A stretch of DNA of 62,883 nucleotides, the filler included, from Craspedostauros australis (lineage: Eukaryota), in the NCBI GenBank assembly GCA_030167865.1. It is 19 parts of 19 records of this genome, joined end to end, with 100 filler letters (N's around TTAATTAATTAA, not from the genome) between each part and the next. Parts side by side here need not be neighbours in the genome. Positions count along the whole stretch, not along the records: positions 8,048 to 12,967 come from JALAGF010001302.1; positions 13,068 to 14,810 come from JALAGF010001303.1; positions 14,911 to 17,064 come from JALAGF010001304.1; positions 17,165 to 19,597 come from JALAGF010001305.1; positions 19,698 to 22,116 come from JALAGF010001306.1; positions 22,217 to 26,784 come from JALAGF010001307.1; 13 more parts are not named here. The stretch is one strand, 5' to 3'. The notes below the pieces were generated by a model. It was not told the DNA's origin. It did no database searches and saw only the letters and a program-made list of their open reading frames with translations. The position numbers and the translations under genes were made by a program. Every line of letters begins with the position of its first letter. Positions within the stretch are counted from its first letter, which is position 1. This document shows positions 11,401-24,507 of this stretch, piece by piece.

Positions 11401-12882
11401 CCATGAAGCGGACAGCCGCTCAATACGGATGGAAGATCATCGGCGAGATGTCGATATGTCGCGACTGCGCGGTCGCGAACGCAAGAGTGAAGAACATCCC
11501 GAAGGCAACGATTCCAAGAGCGACTCGCCGTGGCGAACGGCTCTTCATTGACATTAGTTACACTAAACACATAAGCTTTGGAGATAAACGCTACTGGACC
11601 CTGATCGTGGACGACTGCACGGATCATTGCTGGAGTTTCTTTCTCAAGAACAAAAGTGATCAACCAGGGTACATCAAACGGTTCGTCCAGACGATCAAGT
11701 CACAGACAGGTGACCAACAGATCATCTTCCGAGGTGACAACAGCGGAGAGAACAAATCCACGCAGGATATTCTCATCGATGCAGGACTGAATGTGAAATT
11801 CGAGTTCACGGCATCGAACACGCCGCAACAGAACGGCAGAGTAGAACGCAAGTTCGCGTACCTCTACACCAAGATCCGCTCCATGCTAAACGGAGCACAG
11901 CTCAACGAAGAGTATAGGCATGGCCTGTGGGCAGCAGCTGCTAGCACTGCCACCGCCATCGCCAACATCACCGTAGCGAAGAATCAGAAGGAGTCACCAC
12001 ATCGACAATTCTTCGGCAACGATCCACCATACGCGGATGCACTCCGCACATTTGGAGAGGTGGGTGTTGTGAAGACTACCTACGGCGGGATTACCGCCAA
12101 ACTCAAGAACAGAGGAAAAGAGATGGTGTTCATCGGATATGCACACCAACACGCATCAGGGGTCTACAACATGTACAGACCATCGACCAAGTCACTCATC
12201 TGTTCTCGCGACATCAAATGGCTCAACCAATCATACGGACAGTTCCGTGGCTGGGCACCAGCACCGAACATATCCAACGAAGCAGGAACGACGGACGCAG
12301 ACGGCTTCACAACCATCGGATGGAAGGGAGCAATGCCAAGGACGGCAACGCGTCAAGCATCAGAAGCGAAGAGAGTATCTTTCGCTGACAGCAACAGGTA
12401 CTACATCCTATCGGACAGCAACGATGAGGATGATGAGGACGACGGAGTAGTGACTCAACTGGTCCACAATGACGAGGAAGATCGGAGCAAATCCAATCAT
12501 GAGGATGACGAGATCACACCATCCAGCGACGAAGCCGATGATGACACAGGCGTCACTCCTCCGAACACACCAGCGAGGTCTACACATGACACACCATCCA
12601 GACCTCCACCGAGCAAACCAAGCAAGCGTGACATAGCTAGAAAGGAGAGGATCCGACGTCACGAAGCACGAGGCAGGAAGGGAGAAGCTATTCCCAAGCC
12701 AACCACAGGAAAGAGTATTCCCAGAGCTCTGCGTGAGCTCGCAGACTTCAACGAACGAGGTCGAAAGGAAGAAGGCTATGAGAGCGATCCATCATCCGAT
12801 GAGGCGAGTGACGAACTCAGCGACAAGATGATCGATGATTCCAACAACGAAACTACAGATGATGAAGAAATCGTGGATGAAG
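8425..12882 (+). mobile_element. Ty1/copia copy 2, gag-PR-IN, with a 1-bp deletion frameshift near 9932; truncated at ~12882 before RT
   Basis: ORFs 8425-10032 (Gag: FSGEQEDYSAW, knuckles) and 9954-12902 (PR, IN) form a single frame in copy 1; similarity to the other copies stops at 12882. Confidence 0.95.
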
Positions 12883-13067
12883 GTAATAGAGCCCAAACGT
12901 AATGGCTGTTGTCTTGTTGGCTGTTCTTTAGCTGTAGGCAGAGGCTTGACTGGCAAGCGGTCCGGACNNNNNNNNNNNNNNNNNNNNNNNNNNNNNNNNN
13001 NNNNNNNNNNNTTAATTAATTAANNNNNNNNNNNNNNNNNNNNNNNNNNNNNNNNNNNNNNNNNNNN

Positions 13068-14810
13068 CATCGGCGGAGCCAAGTTCGGACTTCAACAGGA
13101 ACTTTATTGCCTGGTATCTGCAGCACTCGGTGCACTTGTCCAAACCATATTTCGACCACTCCCATAGCTGTGGCTCCTTTGCCTGACAGCTGTAGTTGGG
13201 CCCACATAGCCATGCTTGCCCCTCATAGTTGCGCTGCGTCTTGCAGGGTTGAGCTGTAGTCTCGCACCACCTGCCTCATGTGAGCCTCTGGCCCCTCATC
13301 AGTGCGATGCATCGCCTGATTGCGTTGGTGCCAATGCTCCCATGCCACCTTCCAGAGCTTGCGCACGATCCATGCTGCCCACCTTGCTGTGGACAGCCTG
13401 CGACCGATTTGCGCGTAGTACTGCTCCTGTAACTCGGTCCATGACCCCATGATCACGCCCGTGACCAGCCAATCCCATCCCGCCTCCTGTTGATCATCCA
13501 TCAGCTTTGCCTCAGCCCAGTTCGCGCATATGCATCCAACAGGTCCCAGCCCTCTCAAAACTTGCTTGACATTGCTCAACCATATTTTCGCAATGGCAGG
13601 ATGAGTCTGCATCTTCCGCATCGTGATCGTCAGTCGTATTCGCTGCACTTTCCAAAACGCCATCGATTCCAGTGAGCAGCAGACCCAGAGGTGGCCGTGA
13701 GTTTCCATCTTGCTGCACCTGGGGCAGCTGTCACTTGTGTTTGCTTTCCACCAAACCATCTGCATTCCCACAGCCACCTCCTGTATTGTGAGCTCCATGG
13801 TGAGCACCCTCTGTGTATTGGTGAGCTTGCCCACCACCTGTCGTTGCACGCTTTTGTTGGCATCACCACCGATCACCTTCATGCCTTGCTCCCACCTGAC
13901 CCTCGCCATGTCTGCCTCCACCACATCTCCAACGACACTGGCATACATGATGCTCGACCTGCGAACGCCTTGTCTTGCAATGTGCCACGATCACGTCCCT
14001 GTGTTCTGGTGAGAGCTTCATGCATCGCCCTCTTCGAGCATTCGTCATCGCTATACTGCGATCCGGTCCGTAATGACATTCATATGCTCCCACACATCAA
14101 GTTCGTCAGGCTTCTTGTGCTCGTCCTGATGCCCACGCACGTGTCATCCCACAAACGTTGTACTCAGCTGGCTTCGGTCCCTCATGGCAGCCACCATCAT
14201 GTCGTGACCAGGACTCGCCAGATCCGGTTCATGTACCCACTCCAGCACCTTCAGGGCTTACAGGTTGTCACAGCTTCAGCGCCCCCGTCTGCCTTGTATT
14301 CCAAACCTCTCCTCCATTTCCCAAACCGTCATCGGCACACTGTAGATTCCCGCAAACTCCGCTCGCTGGGACGATGTCAGGCCCTCCCTCCACGAAGCCT
14401 CAAAGGCTCCAAACACCATCACCTCCAGAGTCTCATCAGTGGCCATCGTCCATGCCGCCATTCCCTTGCCATTTCTGGCAGACCTGTCGCTTCTGCCAAC
14501 CGCCGTCTCTTCTCGTATACTCTGGGCCATATCTCTCCAGTCGACCTCGCATCTGATGTGTTTCCCAGCCCATGACTTGGCCTTGCCAAGATCTCCCCAG
14601 ACATTCTCCATCCCCTGGGTATCTGCCACCACGGTATCATCCCATTCGCCAACTGTCAGCATCAGTATGCCATCTCCTTGCTTGTAGCCATCCACAGGGA
14701 CCCTTCTCCATTTCCCACCACTCCCAGCACTTGCCAAAACAGCTTCCTTCTTGACTTCATTGGAACCTCCCTCCATTCCATCCATCCCATCCATCCATCG
14801 CCATGGACCT
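13068..14810 (-). pseudogene. Decayed non-LTR retrotransposon (LINE) 3' region: RNase H plus CCHC finger, possibly Ambal-like
   Basis: Broken frames give SQRAEFAGI, HVRGHQD...LDVWEHMNVITDRIA (RNase H) and CPRCSKMETHGHLWVC...KLWKVAWEHWHQRN; several stops and frameshifts. Confidence 0.75.
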
Positions 14811-14910
14811 NNNNNNNNNNNNNNNNNNNNNNNNNNNNNNNNNNNNNNNNNNNNTTAATTAATTAANNNNNNNNNNNNNNNNNNNNNNNNNNNNNNNNNN
14901 NNNNNNNNNN

Positions 14911-15225
14911 GGATGGTGTGGCGTCAGCGTTGGCGGTGGTGCTCCAGAGAGGATCGGCAGGTGTGGCTGCATCCTGGAATGATTGTTGTGGCACATTGGA
15001 TGAGATGGCTTGTCTGGCGTTCTGGAGGAATGCGAAACGGGATGCCGATGGTTGCTCGGACTCGAACATGGTGGCGAAGAGCTGGGTGTTGGTTGATGCT
15101 GGCTGTCTTGTGGTGAATGCCTGTGCTTGGTTGTTGGCGCATGGTGCTGCGAGGACGACGAGTCCAAGGAAGAGGGAGAGCTTGACGCTGGATGTGGTTG
15201 GCTTGCTGTTGCTGTTGCTGTTCAT
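14911..15225 (-). CDS. 5' end of a nucleus-encoded, plastid-targeted protein (runs into the gap)
   Basis: MNSNS...KLSLFLGLVVLAAPCANNQAQA/FTTR: a hydrophobic signal peptide, an ASAF-type cleavage motif, then a Ser/Thr-rich transit-like stretch. Confidence 0.65.
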
Positions 15226-16920
15226 GATTGTATTGTGTGTGTTGTGTGTATTATTTGTTGTTGATTTGGTGGAGTCTGATTGTCCTCTTTTGCTTCGTTG
15301 TTGTTGTGGTTGTTGTGTTTGTGTCGCTTTTGATTTTGTGAGGAGGGGATGGACATCGGAAGAATCCACACCAACGCACGGTCGTGCACATCCACAAACA
15401 CAACCACAATGGAGAAGACTGTACAGAGGGAGAACAACAACACGGGGGTGTTGGAGTCATGATGCTCCATGCAGAATCGCCATTCACAGCAACGTCACCA
15501 GTTTGACCGATCCCCACTTATCGTCTCCGTTCTCCCCACGAAACTCAATTGCCAATCCCGAAATGTGGAGAAGCGATCTGGTTGGTTGCCGAAACACGTC
15601 ATCCATTAGTTCATGCCAGTGGCGAACAATTGGTGCCCACACACAAACACTCAACCAGGCCTGAACAAGGCCAGAGCAATGATGCAACAACACCGGTGAG
15701 TGGGGAGAGGTTGGTCTTGTGTGGTGATCCCAATCCCAAATCAAATCACATACCACATACCACATACTTTGGCCCAAGCAGCGGCAGAGTGGCAACGCAA
15801 ACTCCTCACCATGTAGACCCGTCGATGGGGCCATCACACCAAGCAACACAAACCAGCACGATACTCGAGCGCTGCAAGTCCGAACCATGGACATCCTCCT
15901 GATCGTGCCATCCTTCCTCCTCTTCTCTCTCGACAGGTATTCATACTCGGATAGATGCGCACGTCTCATCATCCACACAGACGACCTACACATGGTCGAA
16001 GCATGTAGATGCAACCCAGTAGTCCAGCAGCTTTCATGATGATGGAGCATTGACATGGAACATCAACTTGAGCACCGTCACCAATCGTGCGACACTTGAA
16101 GACCAGCTACTCTGTATGCCTCGCTATTTGATTCCGAGTATGGCGTACAGTTGTGACGGGAGACTGCGGCAGCATCCGCAACTGCAAATGCGAGAACAGA
16201 GACCCGCACACTGATAGACTGGCGACAATGCGACGTCTCGCGTGCTTTCTTCCATCGTTGTCATCGCCATCATCATCATGGTGATACGGACCCAATCATA
16301 CAGACCAATACCATCTTCGCCATGCGTACCATGCATACCATCCATCCTCCTCTCTGCAGTTGCTCTGCGACCAGTTTGCTCCATCTTGTTTGGTGAAAAT
16401 GTGAACTGGTTGAGTCGTGACGGGCCCGTTGTCTTGTTGTTCTTGTCGTCTTGTTGTTCTCTTGGGTACTCATCGCGCAATGATGATGATGTTTGCGGAT
16501 TTATGGGTTTTTCTCCGAGAACCAATTAACAGTCGGAATGGGCAGGATAAGTCATTCACAACCAACACGCCCAACTGTGTATCTCGGGTTGTTGTTGTTC
16601 TTTGTGTGGGGAGAAGGGATGTTGTCTTTCGTAACGTGCTATTCGTGGTTGGGTGTGAGACCATTGAAGCTGTGTTGACGAAAGACTGATAGAGGCTTCT
16701 GATTGGCCGTCAAGGATAGACGTGGCAACGAATTCATGACAAACCGGTGTTCAGGAACACCCAACATTTTGTCCGATTTTCACTTTTCTAGATCGTGACC
16801 TAATTTACCGGGACTTAATACACTGCGTTGAGACAGAAAAGTGAATCGCCTGAAATCCTGAAAATCGTAGATAGGGTTACGCTATTGCTCTTCAATTGTC
16901 GTTGGTCCAGGCACGACAGA

Positions 16921-17054
16921 GACCGGACAAAACCGGAGAAACTAGATCAGACCGGACAGACCGGACAGACCGGACAAAATGACCGGACAAACCGGACAAA
17001 ACGACCGGACAGACCGGACAAACCGGACAAAATGACCGGACAGACCGGACAAAA
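16921..17054 (+). repeat. Tandem ACCGGACA(A/G) 9-mer array
   Basis: About a dozen units with occasional 3-nt spacers, at the contig end. Confidence 0.9.
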
Positions 17055-17164
17055 CAAACGAATCNNNNNNNNNNNNNNNNNNNNNNNNNNNNNNNNNNNN
17101 NNNNNNNNTTAATTAATTAANNNNNNNNNNNNNNNNNNNNNNNNNNNNNNNNNNNNNNNNNNNN

Positions 17165-19597
17165 CATCATCCGGCTCGATGACGTGAAGTACACACCGAA
17201 AATGGCGGTGAACCTTTTCTCCACGAACAAGGCTCTGTACAACGGCTATCAACTCGGTAGCAACGGCATTCTGATGGACATCATCAACGGATCCGGAACG
17301 AAGATCGTGTTCGATCGAGTCTTCCCCACATCCAACGGATTCATCACNNNNNNNNNNNNNNNNNNNNNNNNNNNNNNNNNNNNNNNNNNNNNNNNNNNNN
17401 NNNNNNNNNNNNNNNNNNNNNNNNAGATCAGCGCGGTGAACTTGCATCGAATGCTCGGCCACGCGCCACTCGAAACCATGAAGCGGACAGCCGCCCAATA
17501 CGGATGGAAGATCATCGGCGAGATGCCAGTATGTCGCGACTGCGCGGTCGCGAACGCAAGAGTGAAGAATATGCCGAAGGCAACCATTCAAAGAGCAACT
17601 CGCCGTGGCGAACGGTTCTTCATTGACATTAGTTACACTAAACACATAAGCTTTGGAGATAAACGCTACTGGACCCTGATTGTGGACGACTGCACGGATC
17701 ACTGCTGGAGTTTCTTTCTCAAGAACAAAAGTGATCAACCAGGGTACATCAAACGATTCATCCAAATGATCAAGTCACAGACTGGTGACCAACAGATCAT
17801 CTTCCGAGGTGANNNNNNNNNNNNNNNNNNNNNNNNNNNNNNNNNNNNNNNNNNNNNNNNNNNNNNNNNNNNNNNNNNNNNNNNNNNNNNNNNNNNNNNN
17901 NNNNNNNNNNNNNNNNNNGAACGCAAGTTCGCGTACCTCTACACCAAGATCCGCTCCATGCTCAACGGAGCACAGCTCGACGAAGAGTATAGGCATGGCC
18001 TATGGGCAGCAGCCGCTAGCACTGCCACCGCCATCGCCAACATCACCGTAGCGAAGAACCAGAAGGAGTCACCACATTGACAATTCTTCGGCAACGATCC
18101 ACCATATGCGGATGCACTCCGCACGTTTGGAGAGGTGGGTGTTGTGAAGACTACCTATGGCGGGATCACCGCCAAACTCAAGAACAGAGGAGAAGAGATG
18201 GTGTTCATCGGATATGCACACCAGCACGCATCAGGGGTCTACAACATGTACAGACCATCGACCAAATCACTGGTCTGCTCTCGCGACATCAAGTGGCTCA
18301 ACCAATCATACGGACAGTTCTGTGGCTGGGCACCAGCACCGAACATATCCAGTAAAGCAGGAACAACAGATGCAGACGGCTTCACAACTGTTGGACGGAA
18401 GGGAGGAACACCGAAGTCGGCAACGCATCGAACATCAGAAGCAAAGAGAGTATCTTTCGCTGACAGCAACAGCTACTACATCCTATCGGATAGCGACGAT
18501 GAGGATGACGAAGACAATGGAGCAGTGACTCAACTAATCTATAACGACGAGGAAGATCGGAGCGAATCCAATCAGGAGGATGACGAAATCCAATCATCCG
18601 GCGACGAAGCTGACGATGACACAGGTATTACTCCTCCAAACACACCACTGAGGTCTACACATGACACACCATCCAGACCTCCGCCAACCAAACCAAACAA
18701 GCGTGACATAGCTAGAAAGGAGAGAATCCGACGTCACGAAGCACGAGGCAGGAAGGGAGAAGTTAATCCCAAGCCAACTACAGGGAAGGGTATTTCCAGA
18801 GCTCTGCGTGAGCTCGCAGACTTCAACGACCGAGGTCGAAAGGAGGAAGGCTATGAGAGCAAATCATCATCCAACGAAGATAGTGACGAACTCAACGACG
18901 AGATGATCGACGATTCCAACAACGAAACTACAGATGATGAAGAAATCATGGACGAAGATGAGGAGATCGAGATCACTCATCATAGCACAACAGAACTATA
19001 CGGGATGAATGCAATTATCACCGAGTCACCAGCGATCGACATCGGATTGTCGATGCAGGACGAGAACAAGGAACAAGAGAAGCACATCGAACCAACAACA
19101 TTCGATGGAGCCTTCAATCACCCAGATCCCATCCATCGAAAGGGATATCGAGCAGCCATCAAGAAGGAGTTCGACTCTATGGATACACGCAAGGTGTACA
19201 GCAAGATCAAGCGAGACGCCATCCCACGCGGCCGCAGATGCTGCAAGTGCAAATGGGTCTTCAAGCTAAAACGTGACGGCACACATCGAACGCGGCTCGT
19301 TGCATGTGGCTATTCACAAGTCGCAGGAGTAGACTTCCAAGAGCATTACTCACCCGTCATCCATGACGTGACCTATNNNNNNNNNNNNNNNNNNNNNNNN
19401 NNNNNNNNNNNNNNNNNNNNNNNNNNNNATGTCGTAACGGCATTCCTACATGGAGACCTCGACGAGGAGATCTACATGAACTGTCCCAACGGGATGGATC
19501 ATCAACCAGACGGAGCCCTGACCCTACACAAGCCAATCTACGGACTTGTGCAGAGCGCCAGGCAATGGTTCAAGATGTTGGTATCGACCCTCAAGAA
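17165..19597 (+). mobile_element. Ty1/copia copy 3, integrase-RT fragment, with a CGA>TGA stop at 18078-18080
   Basis: Near-identical to copies 1 and 2; RT motifs VTAFLHGDLDEEIYM and YGLVQSARQW. Confidence 0.95.
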
Positions 19598-19831
19598 NNN
19601 NNNNNNNNNNNNNNNNNNNNNNNNNNNNNNNNNNNNNNNNNTTAATTAATTAANNNNNNNNNNNNNNNNNNNNNNNNNNNNNNNNNNNNNNNNNNNNTTG
19701 CCCATTCAAGCCTCCGAGCAACCACCTTCCTGACTGCTCCATTCTGTCTCAAGATACTCTCGTGCACTGCATTGCACTCCACACCTCACTTCATCCCATC
19801 TATCACCCACGTTCTCTTTTGAAACCGTCTC

Positions 19832-21616
19832 ATGGTATTCAATCTGCTTTCACTTGGCTTCTTGTTCGTGTTGCCAATGCGCACGAGCAATATCCTCAAC
19901 AATGAACTCACCACCGCACACCACAATACAAACATGAAAGGCTCTCTCTCGGCTGCCGCCGCCGATAACAGCGATGGCGACAGCATCAGCAACCTAGACT
20001 TGATACGTGCCGCGGAACAAGGCAATGTGGACATGATCGATGCATGGAAACGCCGCTTCCCACAGACCTCCATCGACACAGTCAAGGACAGCGCTGAGAG
20101 GACTCTGCTTCATCATGCATGCATCAGCGGGCAGCTTGACATGGTGTTGCACTTGGTGGAATCCTGCGAAGCCGATCCCAGCGTCCAATCTAACGACGGC
20201 GAGACCGCACTCCATTACGCATGTGCTCAAGGCAACCTGGATGTGGTGTCATACCTGGCAGACCTGCCGAGCATCGATGTCGACCTCCAAGATACGCAAG
20301 GCAAGACTGCTCTCTACGACGCCTGCTTTGAAGGTCATGTGGATGTCGGAAGAACCTTGNTAGAATCCTTCGGTGCAGATGTGACCAGCCGAGATGTCGC
20401 AGGCGGAACAGTGCTCCATGGTGCATGTCTTCAGGGTCATCTGGATGTTGTGGAATACCTGATCGGGCCATGTGAAGCCAAAGTCAACATCCAGGATAAC
20501 TTCGGCAACACCGCACTGCACAATGCGTGTTTGAAGGGTCACGTCGATGTGATGAAGTATTTATTGAGGTCAGATGCCCTGAATGTCAATCTCCAGAACA
20601 ACGATGGCAACACTGTGCTGTGGCAGGCATGTTCCAGTACCAATTCGGATGTCGTCCAGTGCTTGGCGAAATCCTCGAAGGTGAATCTCAATATCCAACA
20701 CGGAGACAGCAAAGATGCAGCGCTTCATGTTGCATGCTCCAACGGGCATCTGGACATGGTGAAATGCATCATGGCATCACGCAGAGCCAATATCAATCTT
20801 CAAAACAAGCACGAACAGACGCCCCTTCACGTTGCATCCTCCAACGGACATTTGAATGTTGTGAAATATCTTGTGGAGTCCTGCACGCCAGATATCACCA
20901 TCAGAGCCAGCTTTCGCGGAACTGCGCTGGATCATGCGTGCTTCAATGGTCATCTGGAAGTTGCGAAGTACTTGGTGGAATGGCTGACGATGGATGGAGA
21001 CCTTGGCCATAATGAGCTGGAATGGGCACTTTGTGAGACGTGCGAAAATGGTCACTTGAATATTGTGCAGTATCTCGTAGAGTCATGCCAAGCATATGTC
21101 AACATCCAGGAGGATAATTGGCGCTTGGCATTTTGCACGGCACTCGCGTTCGATCATTTTGATGTCGCGAAGTATCTGGCAGGGTCATGTGGAGTGGATA
21201 TCAATGTCCAGAATAAGAGGGGAAATACCGCGTTTCACACGGCGATTTGTTTCTTCGAAATAAGTACAGTGACGTATCTGGTGGAGTCATGCGGAGCGGA
21301 TATCCACATTCGAGGGAGAAATGGAGAAACGGCACTCCATAGAGCATGCAGATTCGGCAATTTGGATGCCATGAGGTGGCTGGTGTCACGTGGGGCGGAT
21401 ATCAGCACCCGAGATGCACATGGAAACACCTTGCTCCACACAGCATGCTCACAGGCCCATTATGGCGAGTATTTGAAGGTTGTGAAGTATCTGGTGGAGT
21501 CGTGTGGAGCTGATCTCAATGCTCGCAACAACGATGGGAAGACTCCGCTCGAGTGCGTTCGGCGCGAAGGATTCTTGTATTACGAAGTTGCCACCTATTT
21601 AGAGAAGCTCACGTGA
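19832..21616 (+). CDS. Ankyrin repeat protein (~15 repeats); the start may be the ATG at 19934
   Basis: Repeated G.TALH.AC..GHLDVV.YLVESC.AD motifs; intronless ORF. Confidence 0.93.
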   Translation: MVFNLLSLGFLFVLPMRTSNILNNELTTAHHNTNMKGSLSAAAADNSDGDSISNLDLIRAAEQGNVDMIDAWKRRFPQTSIDTVKDSAERTLLHHACISGQLDMVLHLVESCEADPSVQSNDGETALHYACAQGNLDVVSYLADLPSIDVDLQDTQGKTALYDACFEGHVDVGRTLXESFGADVTSRDVAGGTVLHGACLQGHLDVVEYLIGPCEAKVNIQDNFGNTALHNACLKGHVDVMKYLLRSDALNVNLQNNDGNTVLWQACSSTNSDVVQCLAKSSKVNLNIQHGDSKDAALHVACSNGHLDMVKCIMASRRANINLQNKHEQTPLHVASSNGHLNVVKYLVESCTPDITIRASFRGTALDHACFNGHLEVAKYLVEWLTMDGDLGHNELEWALCETCENGHLNIVQYLVESCQAYVNIQEDNWRLAFCTALAFDHFDVAKYLAGSCGVDINVQNKRGNTAFHTAICFFEISTVTYLVESCGADIHIRGRNGETALHRACRFGNLDAMRWLVSRGADISTRDAHGNTLLHTACSQAHYGEYLKVVKYLVESCGADLNARNNDGKTPLECVRREGFLYYEVATYLEKLT

Positions 21617-22216
21617 ACGAGAGCGGAGCAGAACCGCAACTAGTGCCAATGCGACGGGACGGTTCTGCGTCAATGGTTGTTCTGAGTGGCACAGATCTTG
21701 GGACACTCATGGATTAACAACGTGGGGAGTAAGCCGAGATAGAGGACTGTGCATCAAGCGCCTCAGTCCATCATACTATTCCAGCGTGATGCACTCTGGA
21801 GAGTATGTCCTCATGGCCACAAGCAGTGTTCTGCAAGTGTCTGCATGGTGGAGTAATGAGAGCACACACAACAAGTAAATGTCAAGCGCGGAGGGCAGCA
21901 ACGAATCTGATGACGATGATGATTAGCCTTTTGAGGATGATGCAAACGTAGTGTGGGTATCCTACGCTTCCTCCAATGTACGATGGACTGCTGGTCTGCC
22001 CCATGTTGACCTTCATGCTGATCCTAGTTGTCCCAATCGCAGCGTAGGCATGTTGTGACAGATATATCCGCCTCGATTTGGTTCACGAAGTTGCACCTTT
22101 GACCTCCAAGACCGTTNNNNNNNNNNNNNNNNNNNNNNNNNNNNNNNNNNNNNNNNNNNNTTAATTAATTAANNNNNNNNNNNNNNNNNNNNNNNNNNNN
22201 NNNNNNNNNNNNNNNN

Positions 22217-22583
22217 TGTGGGAAGCGGCGTTTCCATGCATCGATCATGTCCACATTGCCTTGTTCCGCGGCACGTATCAAGTCTAGGTTGCTGATGCTG
22301 TCGCCATCGCTGTTATCGGCGGCGGCAGCCGAGAGAGAGCCTTTCATGTTTGTATTGTGGTGTGCGGTGGTGAGTTCATTGTTGAGGATATTGCTCGTGC
22401 GCATTGGCAACACGAACAAGAAGCCAAGTGAAAGCAGATTGAATACCATGAGACGGTTTCAAAAGAGAACGTGGGTGATAGATGGGATGAAGTGAGGTGT
22501 GGAGTGCAATGCAGTGCACGAGAGTATCTTGAGACAGAATGGAGCAGTCAGGAAGGTGGTTGCTCGGAGGCTTGAATGGGCAA
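22217..22583 (-). repeat. Duplicate of the ankyrin gene 5' end (reverse complement of 19698-20064)
   Basis: Sequence identical by eye; ORF 22165-22449 repeats the N-terminus. Confidence 0.95.
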
Positions 22584-24507
22584 TGTCTTGGTCCAGTACT
22601 TGATAATAGTTGTCACTTGCTACTTGCTACTTGCTCATTTGGTACCTCGATACCAACAGTTCGGTGGCTCGCTTGGTTCGCCTGGAGATGATTGAAGTTA
22701 TGCCGCGTTTCCACATTTTATGGTAGGATGTCATGAAGGGTGACTTTTTATGTCGCTTGCTTCTGCTTGTTTGGGTTCATCAAGAGCGCTGTTGCTAGTG
22801 GCGGTATCAGTGTGGATAGGGGTGTATTGACTCGACTGTGTGCCGTGCTTTATACTGTTGGCATCCATGAGCGTGGACGGAAATGCAACTATCACCGTGG
22901 ATGTCAGCGTGGACACACACGCACGTGTGTGTAATAGTTGTGATGTTGGCTTTCGTGTACATGCATGGTATGGTATGGTATGGTATGGCATCATGGAGTA
23001 TTCACAGCCTGAAAGCGTCGATCGGATCGTGTGGGACTGTTTCTGCTGCCTTGCAGAGTGGAGTGAGCTTCTTCGTCCGTTCACGTGTCGGCCGTTGAAC
23101 GCCATCATCTCCTTCCCACACGATAGACATCGGATACGCATGCAGCACAGATGTGATGCGGATCAACAACACTCGTGCTCGCAGAGTGATGGTATTCGCT
23201 TGATCGTGGAGACAAGATTCGCAACGGTGGTCCTTGGTTTATCGAACCTCGCGGAGTACACCTTGTTTCAGTGTCATCTCATGGTCGATCGGAGTTTGTT
23301 GCCTTGGGCAACATCTGCTGCCAGGAGCGGGATGGTGTCGGCACTAATCAACCGTCTCCACTGGCTCCTTCTTTGCACGAGTAGATCGTAGGTCGTTCCA
23401 CACAAGACTACTCCACTCTCCTTGTGTGCTACGTGAGTGTCACACTACTTCTCCGTTGGAACAATGATTGGTGGAGTACTAAACGTATGAGACAAGTATG
23501 TGCGTACTCGTATGTATAATACTATTCTATGACCGTCTCCCGCGCATCATCTCCATCAGTCTGCTTGAAGCCAACATCTTTTGTGGTCGCCATCTCCGCA
23601 CCCTCTTCTTGTTTGGTTGGGGTGTCAATACCATTCACGATGCGGTCAGTCGTGGTTGATTATTGACTCATCGGATTCAACGACGAGACCAAGATTCCAA
23701 AACCCTTCACAACCCATCACATCGCATCACATCGCATCACATCATGGTCTTCCTTCAAAAACGAAGAATCCATCACACGCTCCACTCCTCCACATCAACG
23801 ATCGACATCAACAGCCACTCGTGTACAGGGGATCCTCATACTGCGAATAGTCGTACTCGACGAAAGCATCAGTTGGGACAGACTTGGTCCGGGATCCACT
23901 CGGGACTCAATCGTCCGCGTTGCGTACACGGTACCCAGTATCCGAACCCGATACTGCCATGAAAGGCTACCGCACGCATGGTGTATAGTTGAACCACAAT
24001 CCATGCTCTGCTCGCCCTCCAGCTCATGCAACCGCGCCACCTGTTCAGCTAACCATCTTGCAAATCCTGCAAGCATCTTGAAGCATATCCACACCCGTGG
24101 ATCAAGTACTGCTCTACAGATGGGGCTACTGAACAGCTGGATATGTGCAGAACCATCACGACATGTTGCTGTACAACACAAACGGCTCAAGCACGATAGC
24201 ATGAACCCTGCCCTTTTACTCGATCGTCCTGTCAACAGTAAGCTTAACACATAAAACAAGCAATCAGAAACAATCTACACAGCTTACTTCCAAGTTTACT
24301 ACAGTTACACCATCGTCTGATACAGCCTTGTTCTCAACATCAAACGGCGTCAAAGCCGGTTGAAGGACAGATCATCCTCCTGACAACGTGCAGAAGACAC
24401 GGAATACTAACTGCATCCAACATATCAACAACCAGCGACGATCATACAATAACTGTTATACTCTATACTATAATACCCCACATCTTGGCTGTTCCGGTGA
24501 ACTGGTG

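Noticed and set aside
19698..22583. Large genomic inverted repeat of the ankyrin gene
   Set aside because: The inversion spans a linker and contig orientation is arbitrary; within contig 22217-26784 the two pieces are co-oriented
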